A stretch of DNA of 64,000 bases from Geosiphon pyriformis uo1 (GCA_016748015.1 JAAOMT010000697.1:1-64000); one strand, 5' to 3'. Positions 1-13,936 are shown, counted from the first letter of the stretch. Translations and numbers: made by a program. The notes: a model not told the origin generated them from the letters alone.

Positions 1-520
1 AAAAAAAACAAAGCAAAAAAAAAAAAAAAAAAAAAAAAATAAAGAAAAAAAAAAATAAGCCAAGATGATTTGCAAGTTAGTATTCCGTCAATAGCCATAA
101 TCAAGAGCTATTGTTCCAGTGTGATTAAGTATCAATTATTATCAACATGAAGTGTTGATAGTGGCAGTGGGTTTGAGATAACAAACAGTTATTTATTTGT
201 GGTTTGGAAAGTTGTCCAGATGAAATCTAAACTGAAAGATCTGTCTTTTTAGCTTCTAATCCTACTGCTATATATACATAATTGAGATTCCTCAATTCCT
301 TAATTCTTCACAACAGGAATCTTGGAATTCCTGAAATCTTGCAATTCTTTTGAGAAGAATCCTGGAATTCTGGAATCCTGCAATTTTTTGTGAGAATCTT
401 GTAATTTCTGGAATCCTGCAATTTCTGAAAAGAATCCTGGAATTCCATATTTTACTATGTCTACTTCTAATTGGTTAATAACTATGCTAATATATATTCC
501 CTATATTTCTATGAGTAACA
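1..520 (-). mobile_element. Ty3/Gypsy LTR, truncated by the window start; type-A U3 (GGAATTCC/GAATCCTG repeats)
   Basis: Ends in ...GAGTAACA at 520 and is colinear with the complete LTR at 57129-57978 (shared core aatagccataatcaagagctatt...tatcaacatgaagtgttgata). It is followed directly by gag-like host sequence with no PPT, so it is inserted into another element. Confidence 0.9.
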
Positions 521-1701
521 CTATATGTCAGTAGTGTCCTGAAGAAAGTAGAAAATTGCTTGCATGGCTCTACCATCGTCCCAGTTATTGGCTGTAATTG
601 CTTTAGCTACATCATTCAGCCAGACATGAGTGTCGTTTTTTTCACCAGTGAATTTATTAAGCTTCGTGATTGGTGTATATCCCATGTGTTGTTGTTGTTG
701 CAGTACAGGTGGCTGATGAATTTGTTGAAGTGGTTGTTGGGATGGCTGTTATATGGGTTTGGCTAGTGGCTAATTAATGATGATTTCAGGAGGTAAGTTT
801 TGTTGATTAATTAAGTCGGGGTTTTGGTCATTCTGATTTGGCTGCATTTGAAAATTCAGAGTTTCAATTTCTAGATTTTCTAAATTTAGATTTTGCTGAG
901 TCTGGAAATTTGGTGTTTCAATGTTCAGGTTCTCTGGGATTGGGTTCTGGTAAGTAAATTCTTGATCTTCAGATTCTTCTTCCTTTTCTTCTTGTTTTTC
1001 TTCCGATTCCATTACTTCCCAGAGACTTGTGGTTCCAAAATCTAGTCAGGGTGGCAGAGATCGAAATTCAGATGGCATTGGCAATCGGGACTTAAATCCT
1101 TCAAAATACGCACTATATGGTCCTAAAAAATCTTCTTTCTTTTGTTTACTCTGAAATGGGAATTGTCCAAAGGTTGATGTCATGTGTAATGTGGACATGC
1201 TTGTTGATGTGATGTTAATGGCACTTTCAGATGTATAGTGGTATGATGGATTTGTTGGTGATTCAACTCTGGTTTTCTTTCAAGTGGATAGTTGTATTTG
1301 TTTTGGTGTTACTGCTGGTATTTGTAATTTTTTTTTGCCTTTACTAGTATAAGTGATTGGGTATCTTTGTTGTGTGTGATGTTCAATTTCTTTATTAATC
1401 TCAGTAATAATGAATGTGAAATTATAATTTGTTGGTAGGCTGGTGTTTTGGATTAATTCGTGGTAAAAAGTTTCTCTTGCTGATTCAGTGTTTACTGGTG
1501 TTTCTAAGAAATATGCTATTCTGTTATTAATGTAGAAATTGAAGGCTGATTTTACTAATATATGATTTTGGTTTAATCCTAAGTGTTGACAGTAGTGTTA
1601 AAATAAAGATTTTGTGAATCCTAAATGGTTTGCTCCTATACTTTCTGATTCTGCCACTTTTGGGATGAGTGTAGTTGGTGCTAGTTCTCTGTAGGATTAT
1701 A
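521..1701 (-). pseudogene. Degenerate 5' internal/gag region of a Ty3/Gypsy element
   Basis: Lies downstream (minus strand) of the LTR at 1721-2565 and its PBS. Contains broken Q/N/E-rich ORF fragments (770..1012, QNPIPENLNIETPNFQ repeats). Confidence 0.7.
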
Positions 1702-1718
1702 CCTCACAGGGAGCACCA
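1702..1718 (-). promoter_or_regulatory. Primer binding site TGGTGCTCCCTGTGAGG
   Basis: Begins 2 nt after the LTR end (CA at 1721, minus strand) and starts with TGG. Complementary to a tRNA 3' end ...CCUCACAGGGAGCACCA. Confidence 0.85.
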
Positions 1719-1720
1719 AA

Positions 1721-2565
1721 TGTTACAGATAATTATTTGGGGTTTCAAGTCAAATAACAAATCTGTAACTTGGTGCTGGGTTGGTATTCTGGTGTCAATA
1801 TCTGAAGGTTTTGTTGTGGAGTCTTTTGTATAATAGACAGAGATTCAAGTGTTGTCTTTCTTATAGCCTTCCGGAATCACAATTTCATCAAATTTCTTTC
1901 TCAGCATAGTGACCATTAATCTTGGCAAAGATGCTCTTCTGGTAAGCTATCCTTAAATTCTCAATTCCTATACTCTTCTTTTGGGGTTTTTTACCAGGCT
2001 ATTTTTGACATTAATAACTCAGTGCTTAATTTTTAATCAGTTTAATAAAACCAATGAAATGACAAAACAAAAAAAATAAAAGAAAAAATAAAGAAATAAA
2101 TGAAAGCAATTGCAAGTTAGTATTCTGTCAATAGCCATGATCAAGAGTTATTGTTCTTATGTGGTTAAGTATTACTTATTATCAACACTTTATATTGATA
2201 GTGGAGAGTAGATTAAGATGATAAATAATTATTTATTGATATTTTTGAATAAAAAGTTGCTTAGATCAAACTGAAAGGTCTGTCTTTTTTACTTCTAATG
2301 CTACCACTATATATACATAATTTGGGTTCTACAAAATCAGTTACATTTCCAAGCAATGTGCTATAATTTCTCAAGCAATGCTCATATTGTTGAGCAATGT
2401 GCTGTATTTTCTTAACATTGCTCCATATTGCTCCATATTGCTGAGCAATGTGCCATACTTTCTAACATTGCTCCATATTGCTGAGCAATGTGCTCACGTG
2501 CTAACTACTACTTTCCTATTGGTCTACTATTTTCTTATATCTGTTTTTCTTTTCTATAAGTAACA
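1721..2565 (-). mobile_element. Ty3/Gypsy 5' LTR (845 bp); type-B U3 (ATTGCT/AGCAAT repeats)
   Basis: TGTTAC...GTAACA termini with an adjacent PBS. R/U5 is shared with the other LTRs. The right flank (ccatagactcatt...) resumes the RT start of an older Gypsy copy (compare 61260-61290). Confidence 0.92.
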
Positions 2566-4710
2566 CCATAGACTCATTAATGGTTGAATTAGCTTATTGT
2601 TTAACATTTAATTGATTTTCTGTTGGATGATTTCATGATTGGCTAGTAGTACTCAATATGCTTTTTGCTTAATTGGCATTGTATTTCCAGTTTTTATCTA
2701 ATGTTGAATAATGTCAATTCTGCCAAATTTGTTCTCGCTGGTAAAGATGTTGTTAAAATTGTTTAGTAATATTTTAAGCTGCATATGTTATAGTAGATCT
2801 AAATTTTCCAAGTTCATCTGTTTCAATTGTTCTGGTTGGAGCAGATAATATTCTTCTCATCCATATATTGTTTATAATGTGATATCCACATATTCACACA
2901 GTTGTGGAAAGTCTAAAATAGTGTTTGGTGGTTGTTTTTCAACTTCAGTGCTTAAATATCTGATGGTAGTTTTTTTTAATATTTCTATAACATCTTCTGT
3001 TGTGTTGTAGATGGGAATTTTAATATGTTTTGGGCTTTTGGCTGGTATGTAGAGATTGGTAAGTCTAATTTTTTTTGATTCACACATAGTAGTTTCTGCT
3101 TTAAAAATCTAAGCTTGATCTTTTACTCTTTTTTTTATGTCTAACATATACTGATTATATGGTGGAATAAAAATTAATTGACAAGTAGAGATAATTTTTT
3201 CCTTGTCAATAATCTCATTTTCTGCCATATTAACTAGTACATTTATTTTACTCATGGATCTAAATCCCTGTATTTCTCTAACTGTAATCCCTAATTTTTT
3301 TCTGTTTTCCACTAATACTAATTGAGCTATTTTAACCAAAAGCAGGAATATTGCCTGTGCTATCTTTTCATTTAGCTCTATGATATAAGTCTTTTCTGAG
3401 TTATTCTGTAGTATTGCAATGATATTTCTTATATATCTTGTGTTAATTATTTCTCCTTTGATATTAATTCTTTTTTTTGCTAAACTATTCTTAGATGTTA
3501 ATTGAATTATTGTTGTTGCTAAAATTTCCAGTGCTATTTTGAGATCAATATAAGTATGTAAATATGGTTCTAATTTTATGGCTTTTTTTTCCAAATATTT
3601 CAAATTAAACCCTATATTAATATTATACATATGTTCAGGCATAATACTTTTATTATTATCACTAAACTATTTAAGTTCCTGCTCCTTGGTGAGGTCAGAA
3701 AGTGCGATATATTGTTTGGTGTTTGAATTGGAGTTTGAATTATTGTTATTTTGATTGCCATATTGAATGGAACTGGAACCATTATTTTTGTCATTGTCAT
3801 TGTCAGAGTTTGAATTGGAATTAAATGTTGATTCTGATTCTGATACACAGCTATTAATTGGTTCTTTTTCCTCTGAAATTGTGTAGATCATGTGTGATAG
3901 TGGATTGTAGATAAGATCACACTCATTACAATATTGAAAGTTACATGAAATCAAATAATAGTCACATAATCAGATGTTTAGTTGTTTTAAATGCTGTTTC
4001 TGTTCTTCTTTTGTAAGTGCTAAATTCTGATAGTGCTTGTGAAACTCCTCTGGGCCTGTCTTTATATTGAGAAAAACATTTGGATTTGGAATAAGGATAA
4101 TGTTGACTGGTTTTGAAAAATTATTTTTAATTTCCAAGATTTTATTGGGCATGGTTTCTTCAACTTTGGCATTTGCTATTTGCCAGATCTTGTCTTTGTC
4201 ATGTGAGTAACTGTTCAAACAAAAGATTGCTTGGTGCCATGCTGCAGTAATGGGAGTCTTACAACTTACTCAGTTGCTAATAAGAATCGTGTACTAGCAC
4301 AAAATATTACACATTCCTTCTCAACCAGAAATGTCATTTTATATTTCTTCGTCGAGCAACTGTTCTCTACAAGCAAGACATGGTTCATTGTCCTACTTGC
4401 CTTGTCATTTTGGGTAATCATACCATTCTCTGTAACATGGCTTGTAGTAATAGTGAGTTTACATCCAGTAGTCTTTATTGGGTACTATCCAAGCTTCCAT
4501 GGAAGAAAGTTTCTTGCTGTAATCTTGGCACTTAAGTAGAATATATGGTGATTTTTTAATGAGTTCATGTAAGTATGATTGTTTTCAGCCATTGGTTATT
4601 TCTTCTGTGGCTGTGAATTCTTTATGTTTATTCTCTTTTTTTTTTTCCCTTTGTTATCTCAAGAAAATACTAGTGATAGCTTATTGTAATTGGTGTAAAA
4701 TATTTTAATT
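2566..4710 (-). mobile_element. Older degenerate Ty3/Gypsy pol fragment (Cys-rich insert, dUTPase, RT start)
   Basis: Colinear with ~61260-63500. ORF 3109..3642 carries decayed dUTPase motifs (IGFNL, TSKNS, IINTRY, KIAQAI, REIQGF). Confidence 0.9.
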
Positions 4711-5961
4711 ACTATTCTTTTCAAAAAATAACCAAAAAATCTAAAAGTAAAGAGATAGTTTATACTGTTAACAAATAATAACACATTAATATAATTTTAT
4801 ATCTTATGTCAACACTTTTAGAATTTGATATTAAGTATTAAATATGCTCTTCAGTTACATTTTATTCAATAATCTTCAAATACTACAATTACATAAATCA
4901 AAAAAAAGTAAGGAAATATCAACAAGTAATTTTTTATTTTAAAATGTTCAGATACTTAAAAGTAGAAAAAAAGAAATAAATAATATAAAAAGAATTAAAA
5001 TAATAATTGTTATTTTATTTTTTTTATTTAATCATTAATACTATTATAGTTAAGAGACTCATTGCTTATATAGTTATTAAAAATAATCAATAATCAAGTT
5101 AATAATTAATCCAATAATTAGATTAACAGTCAGATTATTGATTAGATCAATAATTATTATTTAAAAATAAAATGGCTAATTATATAATATCAGTGACTAA
5201 TATATGTGATAATTAATAAAAAGTATGATTTTTAACTGTAATAATATCCTTAAATAGTTCAAAAAATTTAGTAATTTTATTGAAAACAGCCCACTAATTA
5301 TGTAAAATAACATATTAATAAAGGTCAATATAAGTGTTAATAAGGGTGTTTAATGCTTATAAATTTACAATTAAAATTTTTGTATTTAAAATATATAGAA
5401 TTAGAAATAAACAACTTGCTAATTTAAGAAATAATCCATTTTTAATCATATTATAAATAGAATTCTATCAGATAAAACAATTTAGAATGAGTTTACAGTA
5501 TTTAATTTAATATGTATTACAGGTATATTTAAGAAGTTCAAAATGTTAAAACAAGGTACAGATTATAAAGTTAAGTTCCCTAATTTTTAATTTATACAAA
5601 GTTTACATTAAGAAAATTTCAGATAAATATATTCAGTTTGGGTTTTTAAAAAATATCTTGAAAACATTATTTTTTATTTTATTTAAAACTGTTTATATTG
5701 CTAATTTTAGAATATAATTAAAGCATCAAAAGCAAAAGTTTTCTGAATTCTATTGAATGTTTTTTTTTCTAATTTTTTTACTAATTTTTTATAATAATAC
5801 TATTATTTGTAATATTATTAAGAATAATAGCAAAAAGCTGTCAAAAAAAATTAGATTATAACTAATAAAATTAGATTATAACTAATAAAATCAATGGTAA
5901 ATTTGTATGAAAAGAAAATAAGTGTAATTTTTTCTTAAACTTTTTTTTAAACTTTTTGGCT

Positions 5962-6300
5962 AAAAATTTGGCTTGAAGCAATGATAAAAACCATTTAAAT
6001 TAATATTAAAAAACTATAGTTTTTGATAATATAGGCACTGTAGTAACTTTGAGTCTTAGATAATACTAATGCCAAAAATTTAGCTTTAAAACAATAATAA
6101 AAACCAACTTAAATCAATATTGAGAAAATGTAATTTTTGATAATATAAGCATTATAATAACTCTAGGCATCAAATAATGCTAATGCTGAAAATTCAGCTT
6201 TAAAACAATGATGAAAATCAACTTAAGCCAATATTAAAAAAATATAATTTTTGATAATATAAGCACTATAATAACTTTAAACTTCAGATAATACTAATAT
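5962..6300. repeat. Three tandem copies of a ~113 bp unit
   Basis: Units start at about 5962, 6074 and 6188 (aaaattt(g/a)gc...tttttgataatata(g/a)gcac...taatactaat). A separate 20-bp direct duplication (ttagattataactaataaaa x2) lies at 5851-5890. Confidence 0.85.
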
Positions 6301-6899
6301 ATTATATAATATGCTGATCTTATTATTAACTATTAATTAATCCAAATTTATGCAAGAATTTATATACATATTTTTAATGTAATTTTATAATTTTTTAATA
6401 CTTTAAAAAATCTGTTCACAATATTTATTCTATTATATTATTTACTTATTAATTCAAAATCAATTATTGTTTATTAAAAATTCCAATTGTTATTAATATA
6501 ATGAATAGTAATGAAAACAAAAACTTTGTTATTAGGAAATATTTAAAAATTTAATGTAAAAAAAATTTTGGACTTAATAATATTTAAGTATGCCTATTAT
6601 ATTATAAGTATATGTAAAAAAAAAAATTTTATAATAAAAATAGTGCTTATTCTTAATTTTTGTCTACTTAAGACATAAAATTTTATGACTTTATTCTTAA
6701 TTACATTAGCACAAACAGATTGAAAAGTAGAGTTCAAATATTAGAATATTTTGATTAAAATAGAGTTTTCTACTGTAAAAAGTAGTTGCTAATAATTGAT
6801 AAACCAAATAGTAATTATGTTATAAAGTTTTTTATTATTAATGTTAATAGCAATTTTCTAGTTAGATTAACTAAAAATTATAAAAAAAAATAACAAACT

Positions 6900-7510
6900 T
6901 ACTTGTCAAACCATTTTTTTAATTAACTTGTAATCTTTTTGAATATTTTGTTTTTTTTTATAATATTTTTCTATTATAACATATACTGTCTAGTAAAAAG
7001 TCTCTAAATAGTGTCATAAGAGTTTAATAGTATTTATAGTTCTACAAAAAAATGGTTTATGCACATATTTTGAGACTGTATATTTAGCTGTTTTTTTTGT
7101 TCACTTAAACTTATTAAAATAGTCTTATACTTTATTTTAAAAACTACATTTACTAAATATGTTAATATTTGAACTATTTAGATTATTAAATTCTGTTATT
7201 TTGGATTTTAAATCTTTAGCAACATTGGATAATACTAACAATAAATTCATTTTGATAAGTTGGTAAGTAAAGTTATTATATATATTTAATTTTATATAAT
7301 TTTTTAACTAATTATAATAATTAAATAAAGTAATAATTGATAAATAAGTAGTATAAGTTATATCTTTTTTAATTTTATTGAACTTCAACAAGTTTGTGAA
7401 TTTTAAACCAGACTTGAACTGAATTCAAATTTGTCAAAAAAGCTTAATGCCAAATTTAAACTAAACTTACTTTAAAAAATTGGTTTGGTTTAATTTAATT
7501 AGAATCTTAA
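6900..7510 (+). mobile_element. Possible decayed hAT-like DNA transposon end
   Basis: Weak support. A YLAVFFVH-like remnant lies near 7080. Decayed subterminal-like repeats (aaaccagac/gaactgaa/ggtttggttt) end in ...agaatctta. Confidence 0.25.
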
Positions 7511-7559
7511 GTATATTTGTTATGCTTATATATTTTCAAATTGTGACTAATAAAACAAA

Positions 7560-9610
7560 TTTTTCTACTATATAATTCTAATAAATTAAAAAGCTTATAA
7601 ATAGTAATATTAACTAATAAAATATACAGTAAAGCTTAATAACAATTTCTAAATATTTATATTTATTTATTTTTAACAGTTTTAGTCCACAAACAGAATT
7701 TTTTTCATGAATACTAATTATTTAACTGTAACCAAATCAGCAATTTTAGCAAATTTAAACTCAACCAAATTTTTTTTTAAAGACCAATTAGCTATATTCT
7801 AATAGAAACAATCTTATTAAACTTAGAAAAAACTGATTTTATAACTGATTTAAAAAAATTAACTGAAATTTCTTTAATAATTATTTTTCAATTTATATAA
7901 TTATTTATTTTTTTAATATTATTATTGACCAGAATTTTTTTATCAATAACTAGTTTTTTAGTCTTATTCAAACTTAATTCAGAAATAAATAATAATCTAA
8001 TAATATCTAAAAATTCTAAAAGACTGAATACTATTACAGTTTAAAAATTTAGCAAAAAATTATAAATAATATAATTATTCAATTATAATATAACACAATA
8101 ATAATCTTAGAAAAGTAATAATTAATATAATAACAAGCACTATTTTATAATAGTAGTAAGCACCAGCTTGCAATAGTGCTCAATACCAACTGGTAATAAC
8201 AGCAACACTTAGATTGAAATATTAAAAAAAAAGTATTACAATATGTTTTTTTATAAAACTATAAATATATATATATATAATAGCTTTAATATTAAAAAAA
8301 CAACAATTTATTAAACAATTTATCTAATAGTTCTATTTTAATTATCTTTTAAATTTTATTTTTAAAATAAATATTTACAAAAATCCTTAATCAAAAAAAA
8401 TATTGAAAACTAAATTATTATAATCTAAAATATTTAAAAACTTACTTATATTATTTATTAAATAAATTTTTTAAAAAAATAATTTCTGATCAAAATTATT
8501 TATGTTATTACTAATTAATAAAAACTTTATTATAAGAATTAAGAAAAGTATTAAAAATTATTAATATTTCATGTTTTTAGATTAGAAAAACATATTAAGC
8601 AATTGCAAAAATAGTTTCAAAAAAGACTTTAGACAGCAGATAAATTTTAATTTAGTTTCTGAAAAAAGTACATAAACATATACATAATAATCAAAAATTA
8701 AGAAATAACTTATATTATAACATTAAAAAAAGTCTTTAATATAATAGTAATATTATCATACAAATAGAATTAAAAAATTCATGAAAGACTAATTGCAATT
8801 AAAATAGAATATTAGTAATTAAAATAATTAAGAAAACTATTTTATAATAATATCTTTTCAAAATCATTGATATAATAAAATAAATTTTTTATTAACAATA
8901 ATTTATTACTAAAAGTCTTGTTTATTGTAAAAAGCTTAATATTTAATGTAAAAAATTTTTTCAAACCAAAACTTTTAATTTTTTTGTTCTATAATTTGAT
9001 TAATAACAATTTTTAAAATTCATTAAACTTAAAAACTAAGATTAATACATTGTTATTATTATTTAATTTATTAAAAAAAAGTTTATTTGGTAGTTGTTCC
9101 AAAATATATGTTTTAATACATGTTTTTCTTAAAATTATATTATTTATTATTTTATTAGTTTCTAAAGTATTTAAGTTTACATAACTAGTTTCTTTTGTAA
9201 TTGTGCTTTTTATGTTTTTTATGTTCAATACTTTACTAATATTGGTTTTTTTATTATTTACTTTACTATTTCAAGACTTTTTGCAATTATTATTATTAAT
9301 ATACAAATTGTTAACAAAAAAACCAGTTAACAAGTTTATTATACTATTAGTAACTTTAAACTCTTTGGTTTTTTATATAAAGCATTACAAGAATAAAAAC
9401 TTTTAATATGCTTTTTTTTAGTACTAGACTAGATTTTTAATTTAACTAAACCAGAACCAAAACCACTAATAAAAAAACTTACCAGTTCTATAACAACAAA
9501 AATAAATGTATTAAAAAAAATAATTGCAAAAACAGAAGAGAAAAAAAAAACCATTTCTTTAACTATTTTATATTTTTGTTGTAATTAAAAGATTAACAAA
9601 AGAAAAATTT
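7560..9610 (-). mobile_element. Two highly degenerate LINE 5'/ORF1 remnants
   Basis: Minus-strand translations IIIKEISVNFFKSVIKSVFSKFNKIVSI (~7800-7890) and KETSYVNLN...RKTCIKTYILEQLP (9013..9228) align with ORF1 of the 14.6-kb LINE. A 5'UTR-like start lies near 9607. Confidence 0.75.
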
Positions 9611-9677
9611 TTTTATTTAATTATATTTATATATTGTACAAATTAAATTTTTAATTAAATAATAATAATTAATAATA

Positions 9678-11790
9678 ATTTTTTTTTGTTTATTTAATAA
9701 ATAAGATCCAAATACTGCTTAGTACAATACATTAAATAATTAATCTAAACTAAGTGTAAATTATGTATTTTCTATATATGACCAGCCACTCAAGCTGATT
9801 AGAACAACATTAAGCACCTATATAACCAAGACTGGGTTTCCAATATCTGAAAAAAATAAACAAGATTTATATAATTCAAAACTAATACCAAATGTCTCAA
9901 CAATACTAAGCAATTTGATCACACCAACAAAAAACATTAAAAACAGTCCAAAAACCAAAACCAGAGCCAAACCATTACATGATACTAACCTATTCTTTTC
10001 TATAAAAGCACAATACCTAGCACAGACCAACCAAATCTCATCTTTAAAAGCAAAACAGAAATTATATACAAAGTTCACAACTTTCTAATTCACAATCTTA
10101 GAATTTTCAAAGACAAATACAGTTTCTCAAAGCCAATTTTTAAAGACAAAACCCTTACAAAAAGCCATATATACTGCAATATTTGAAACACAGAAAAACA
10201 ACAATTAAGACATACATAAAGAAGACCAAGAAAGACTAGAAATTGCATTCCAAGCAGTTGTATGGGCATCTAATAATTGACAATAAGCAGAAACATCAAC
10301 CATACAAAAAAAACATGATCTAAAACTTCAATATTGTCACAATATAAACATAATACACTGGAATAATACTTGTTATATAGATGCTTCTAAACAGCAACTG
10401 GTAGCTGGTAATGCAAAGCTTTTATAAAATATGTGTGGGCATCAACAATAGACTTACTAGTAAAACCAACAGCCATGTGCAATTTGGGATATTATACCAA
10501 AAATAAGCTAAGCCAATTAATATCTGATAACAAACTATTATTCAAAACTCTAGAACTAAAACCAACTTCTCAATATACACAATAAATAGACTAAAAGACT
10601 TTATGAATAAAATGTCTAGAATTATCAGAAATGATATTACTCTCAGCCAACATATAATGTTCTTCCAATTAGGAGAAAAAATACCAGAAAGAAAGAGAAA
10701 CAGCATTAGTAAGAGTGTTAGCACATATATTATTTAAACACCTAAATAACCCTTAACTTTGTGTCAGCTAATATTTAAATTCTTTTTCTGAACAATATTT
10801 ATGATGTGCTAATGCTTAATTTAACACTAATTCCAAAAATCCAAATACACTAGACCCAATTCTGATTTGTACACATCCAAAACAGTTTGACTGCCTATCA
10901 TAATATAAACTAAGCTAAGAGAAAAAACACACTTAAAAGCCAATATAATAGCCTGCAACTCCATCAAAATAGAAGATATTAAACTGAAAACTCTAATTCC
11001 AAACTCAAGTATATGTTTTCAAAAAAAACTGCTGTATTAGTCCTTATATTAACACTTCCCAAATCCTTTAAAGATCTATTTGTATAAACAAAAAGACAGT
11101 CAGCTATAATATTTAATAAATTATTATAAACAAATCCAAATTTATAAGACTTCAAAACATTCAAAGATTTAACTACATCCAAAGAAGAGAAACAGATGAA
11201 AAAGGAAGCTATACTACTAAGGAAGTTAATAAAAAGCTTAAATCAGTCAGAAACAAAATCATGTAAGTCCAATCTTTTTTAATGTTTGAAGGTTTTTTAA
11301 TTAAAAATAGTACTATTATGACTATAAAGCTGTTCAATAAATGCTATATTATATTGCCAAAGTAAAAAAAAACCTGAAAAACCCAGATTTGTCAAGAACA
11401 GCTGACATAGAAGTATCACCCTGAAAATAAAAAAAATTGTACATTAGACCATTCAAAGACAAATTGTATTCAAGAAAAACATAAATTACATCTGCCAAAA
11501 AATTATTAGACAGACTGACCTTAATACAAGCCAGAGAATTCAAAGAATAAAACTGAATGCCAGCACAGAACTTGTAAGTTATAAGACCTGTATGAAAATA
11601 ATCAACCCAAAATCCCATTAGAATTTGCAAAACACATAATAGAAGCCAACTTGTCTTTAGTTTAAACTTGTTCAAAAATCTTAAAATTATACAAAAAAGA
11701 ATAGTAGAATGTATTATTAGAGAAATTAAAAGGCAGACCAGCCCTCAACTTTAGATTTTTGCAAATTAATAATTTGGTTAAATGATAAGT
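9678..11790 (-). mobile_element. 5'-truncated degenerate LINE (RNase H, Zn finger, 3'UTR, poly-A)
   Basis: T-tract at 9678-9690 and a 3'UTR matching the other copies. ORF fragments: FVYTNRSL (RNase H) and GISFELYKSCLFFSDIGNPVLVI (ORF2 C-terminus). Confidence 0.88.
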
Positions 11791-12758
11791 AATAATTGTA
11801 AAAAAATAATACTTATTAATTAATAATAAAAATTATAAAAGTAATTTTATGTTTTTAATATATTAAATTTTGTTTGATAATAATATTTATATTTAAATTA
11901 ATAAAATTTACAGTTTTTTACTTATATATAATTTTATTGATTTTTTAACATTGTTATTTTTTTAATTGAATTTTTTATATTATATTTTTTTATTATAAGC
12001 TGGATTTTTTATTTTGTTTTTTTTAAAAATATTACTTTATAATTTATTAAAAATATTGTTTTACAAATAAAATAAAATTTTTACATTCAAATAATATAAA
12101 ATATTAAGTATAAACAAAATTTTATAATTATTTTTTCAATTTCTAATAAATAAAAAATTTTTAACAAAAAAATAATGAATTATATTTAATTATTTATTTT
12201 AATTTTAATTTTAATTTATATTTAAATAATAAATTATTTATACTGTTTAAAATTATTATAAACTAATTTATTAATTTCATTTTTTATGTTTTAAATATAA
12301 TTTTGTTTGCTGTATTTAATTATATTTAATTCAAAAATAAAAATAAATTATGTTTTATAATTTTAATTATTACTGTAAAAAACAGTTTTTATTATAAAAA
12401 AACAGATTTTAAGTTTGGATTTAATTGTGTTTAATATGAATAATATTATAACATATTTTATTAACAAAATAAAAAAGTCTAAAAATAATCTTATAATAAA
12501 TAATAATAAACTAAATAACAAAGTATATAATAATAATCTTGATTAGTTAATAACTTTGTAAAACATGGGTGCTTAGACATTATCACCAGCCCCAATTCAT
12601 GTGATAATGGGTTTTCATCCAATCATTTTTCTTTAAGTCATTAAATTTAATATTAACAGCTAGTGTACTTTCTTTATATTAGCGTCCAAAATATTTTTTA
12701 CCACTTGAACGTGAACCTTGCCATTCTTTAGCCACTTTTACTCGCAAAACCCCTTACC

Positions 12759-13936
12759 ATGACCACCAGTCACTCTTCAAACCTTACTACCACCGCAATA
12801 ACCCCAAGATCTACTTCCTCATTTTCAGAAGCCTCAAATAATCTGGCCGCTTCACTAGTTCCGAAACCCACTTTTTCTTCGTCAAAGCAAACCAAACGTC
12901 CAAAAGTCCCAAACATTGAAATATTTCGTCGTCTAGTGCTACTTTCAGATGGTCGAGACAAAACCCTTAAAATTATACAGTATAGTGCTAAATTATATCT
13001 TTGGGCTGTCCTTTCTCCAAGCTCCCTCTTGGCCAAGCACCGGCTTCATACATCCGTCTCATCTACAATTAAACCGCGTCTGAGTGCCCTCACTTCCCAC
13101 TTTTCTACAACTCGAAAAATATTTCGTCTAGCTCATTTTCTCGAACCTTATACCGAATTTCGTGATTACGTGACTGGCGCAAATGCCTATCCCTATGATG
13201 TCGCAGAGAGACTTATATATTATATAGGCTTTATTAACTCCATAGTTGGAATGTTAAATGACTTTTTCGATGATGTTTATTGCCTGGGAAAAATTGGAGT
13301 ATTTAACAAAGGAGTCGCCAAAAAAGCCGAGCCAATAGCTATTCGTTTTTGGTTTTTCAACATTTTACTGGATATTAATAATTGCTTAATAAAGATTTGG
13401 TTGGTAAATGCGGCTATGCGCAACGTGAAAGGCAAGGGCACTGAGGAAGAATTGAAGAAATTAAAAGGAAAAAGGTACTGGTTGATATATAACTTGGCAA
13501 AATTTTCTGCGGATCTTGGATTTTGTGGTAGGTATTTGATTGGAGAGTGAAAGAAGTGAAATTTGATTTTAATTTGATATTGTTTCTCGAGGATACCCCT
13601 AAGTTGACGATTACAATCTGAGCCCGAGAATTTTCAAACTTCGATTATATTGCGGAGGGCACACATTTAAGCAATCAAAAATTTGAATTTTCTAAATAAT
13701 TCATGGCATAACTCTCATGTCATCGCATTTTCAAATATTAGGATATGATTTCTTCGGATTCCAATTCTCTGATGGGTGGCAGGCGATCACTGGTTTGATT
13801 GCTGGACTTTTGAGTAAGTTGTAAATAGATTGAGCTTTATGAAATTTTGATTCGACTTTCGAGATATATTAATTATTATTAATGACCTTGCAAAGGTTTT
13901 AACAAACTCTGGATTCGTGTTGCGGAAAAGAGTTAA
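12759..13936 (+). CDS. PEX11: Peroxisomal membrane protein PEX11 family; exons 12759-13527, 13742-13813, 13896-13936
   Basis: N-terminal DGRDKTLKIIQY, STTRKIFRL and FDDVYCLGKIG motifs. GT-AG splicing restores the C-terminus ...ADLGFCGYDFF...TGLIAGLLSFNKLW...KS*. Confidence 0.88.

Noticed and set aside
285-447. Palindromic repeat arrays (also 2351-2500 and 57734-57900) as CRISPR
   Set aside because: Units are degenerate, have no unique spacers, and sit at a fixed position inside eukaryotic LTRs.
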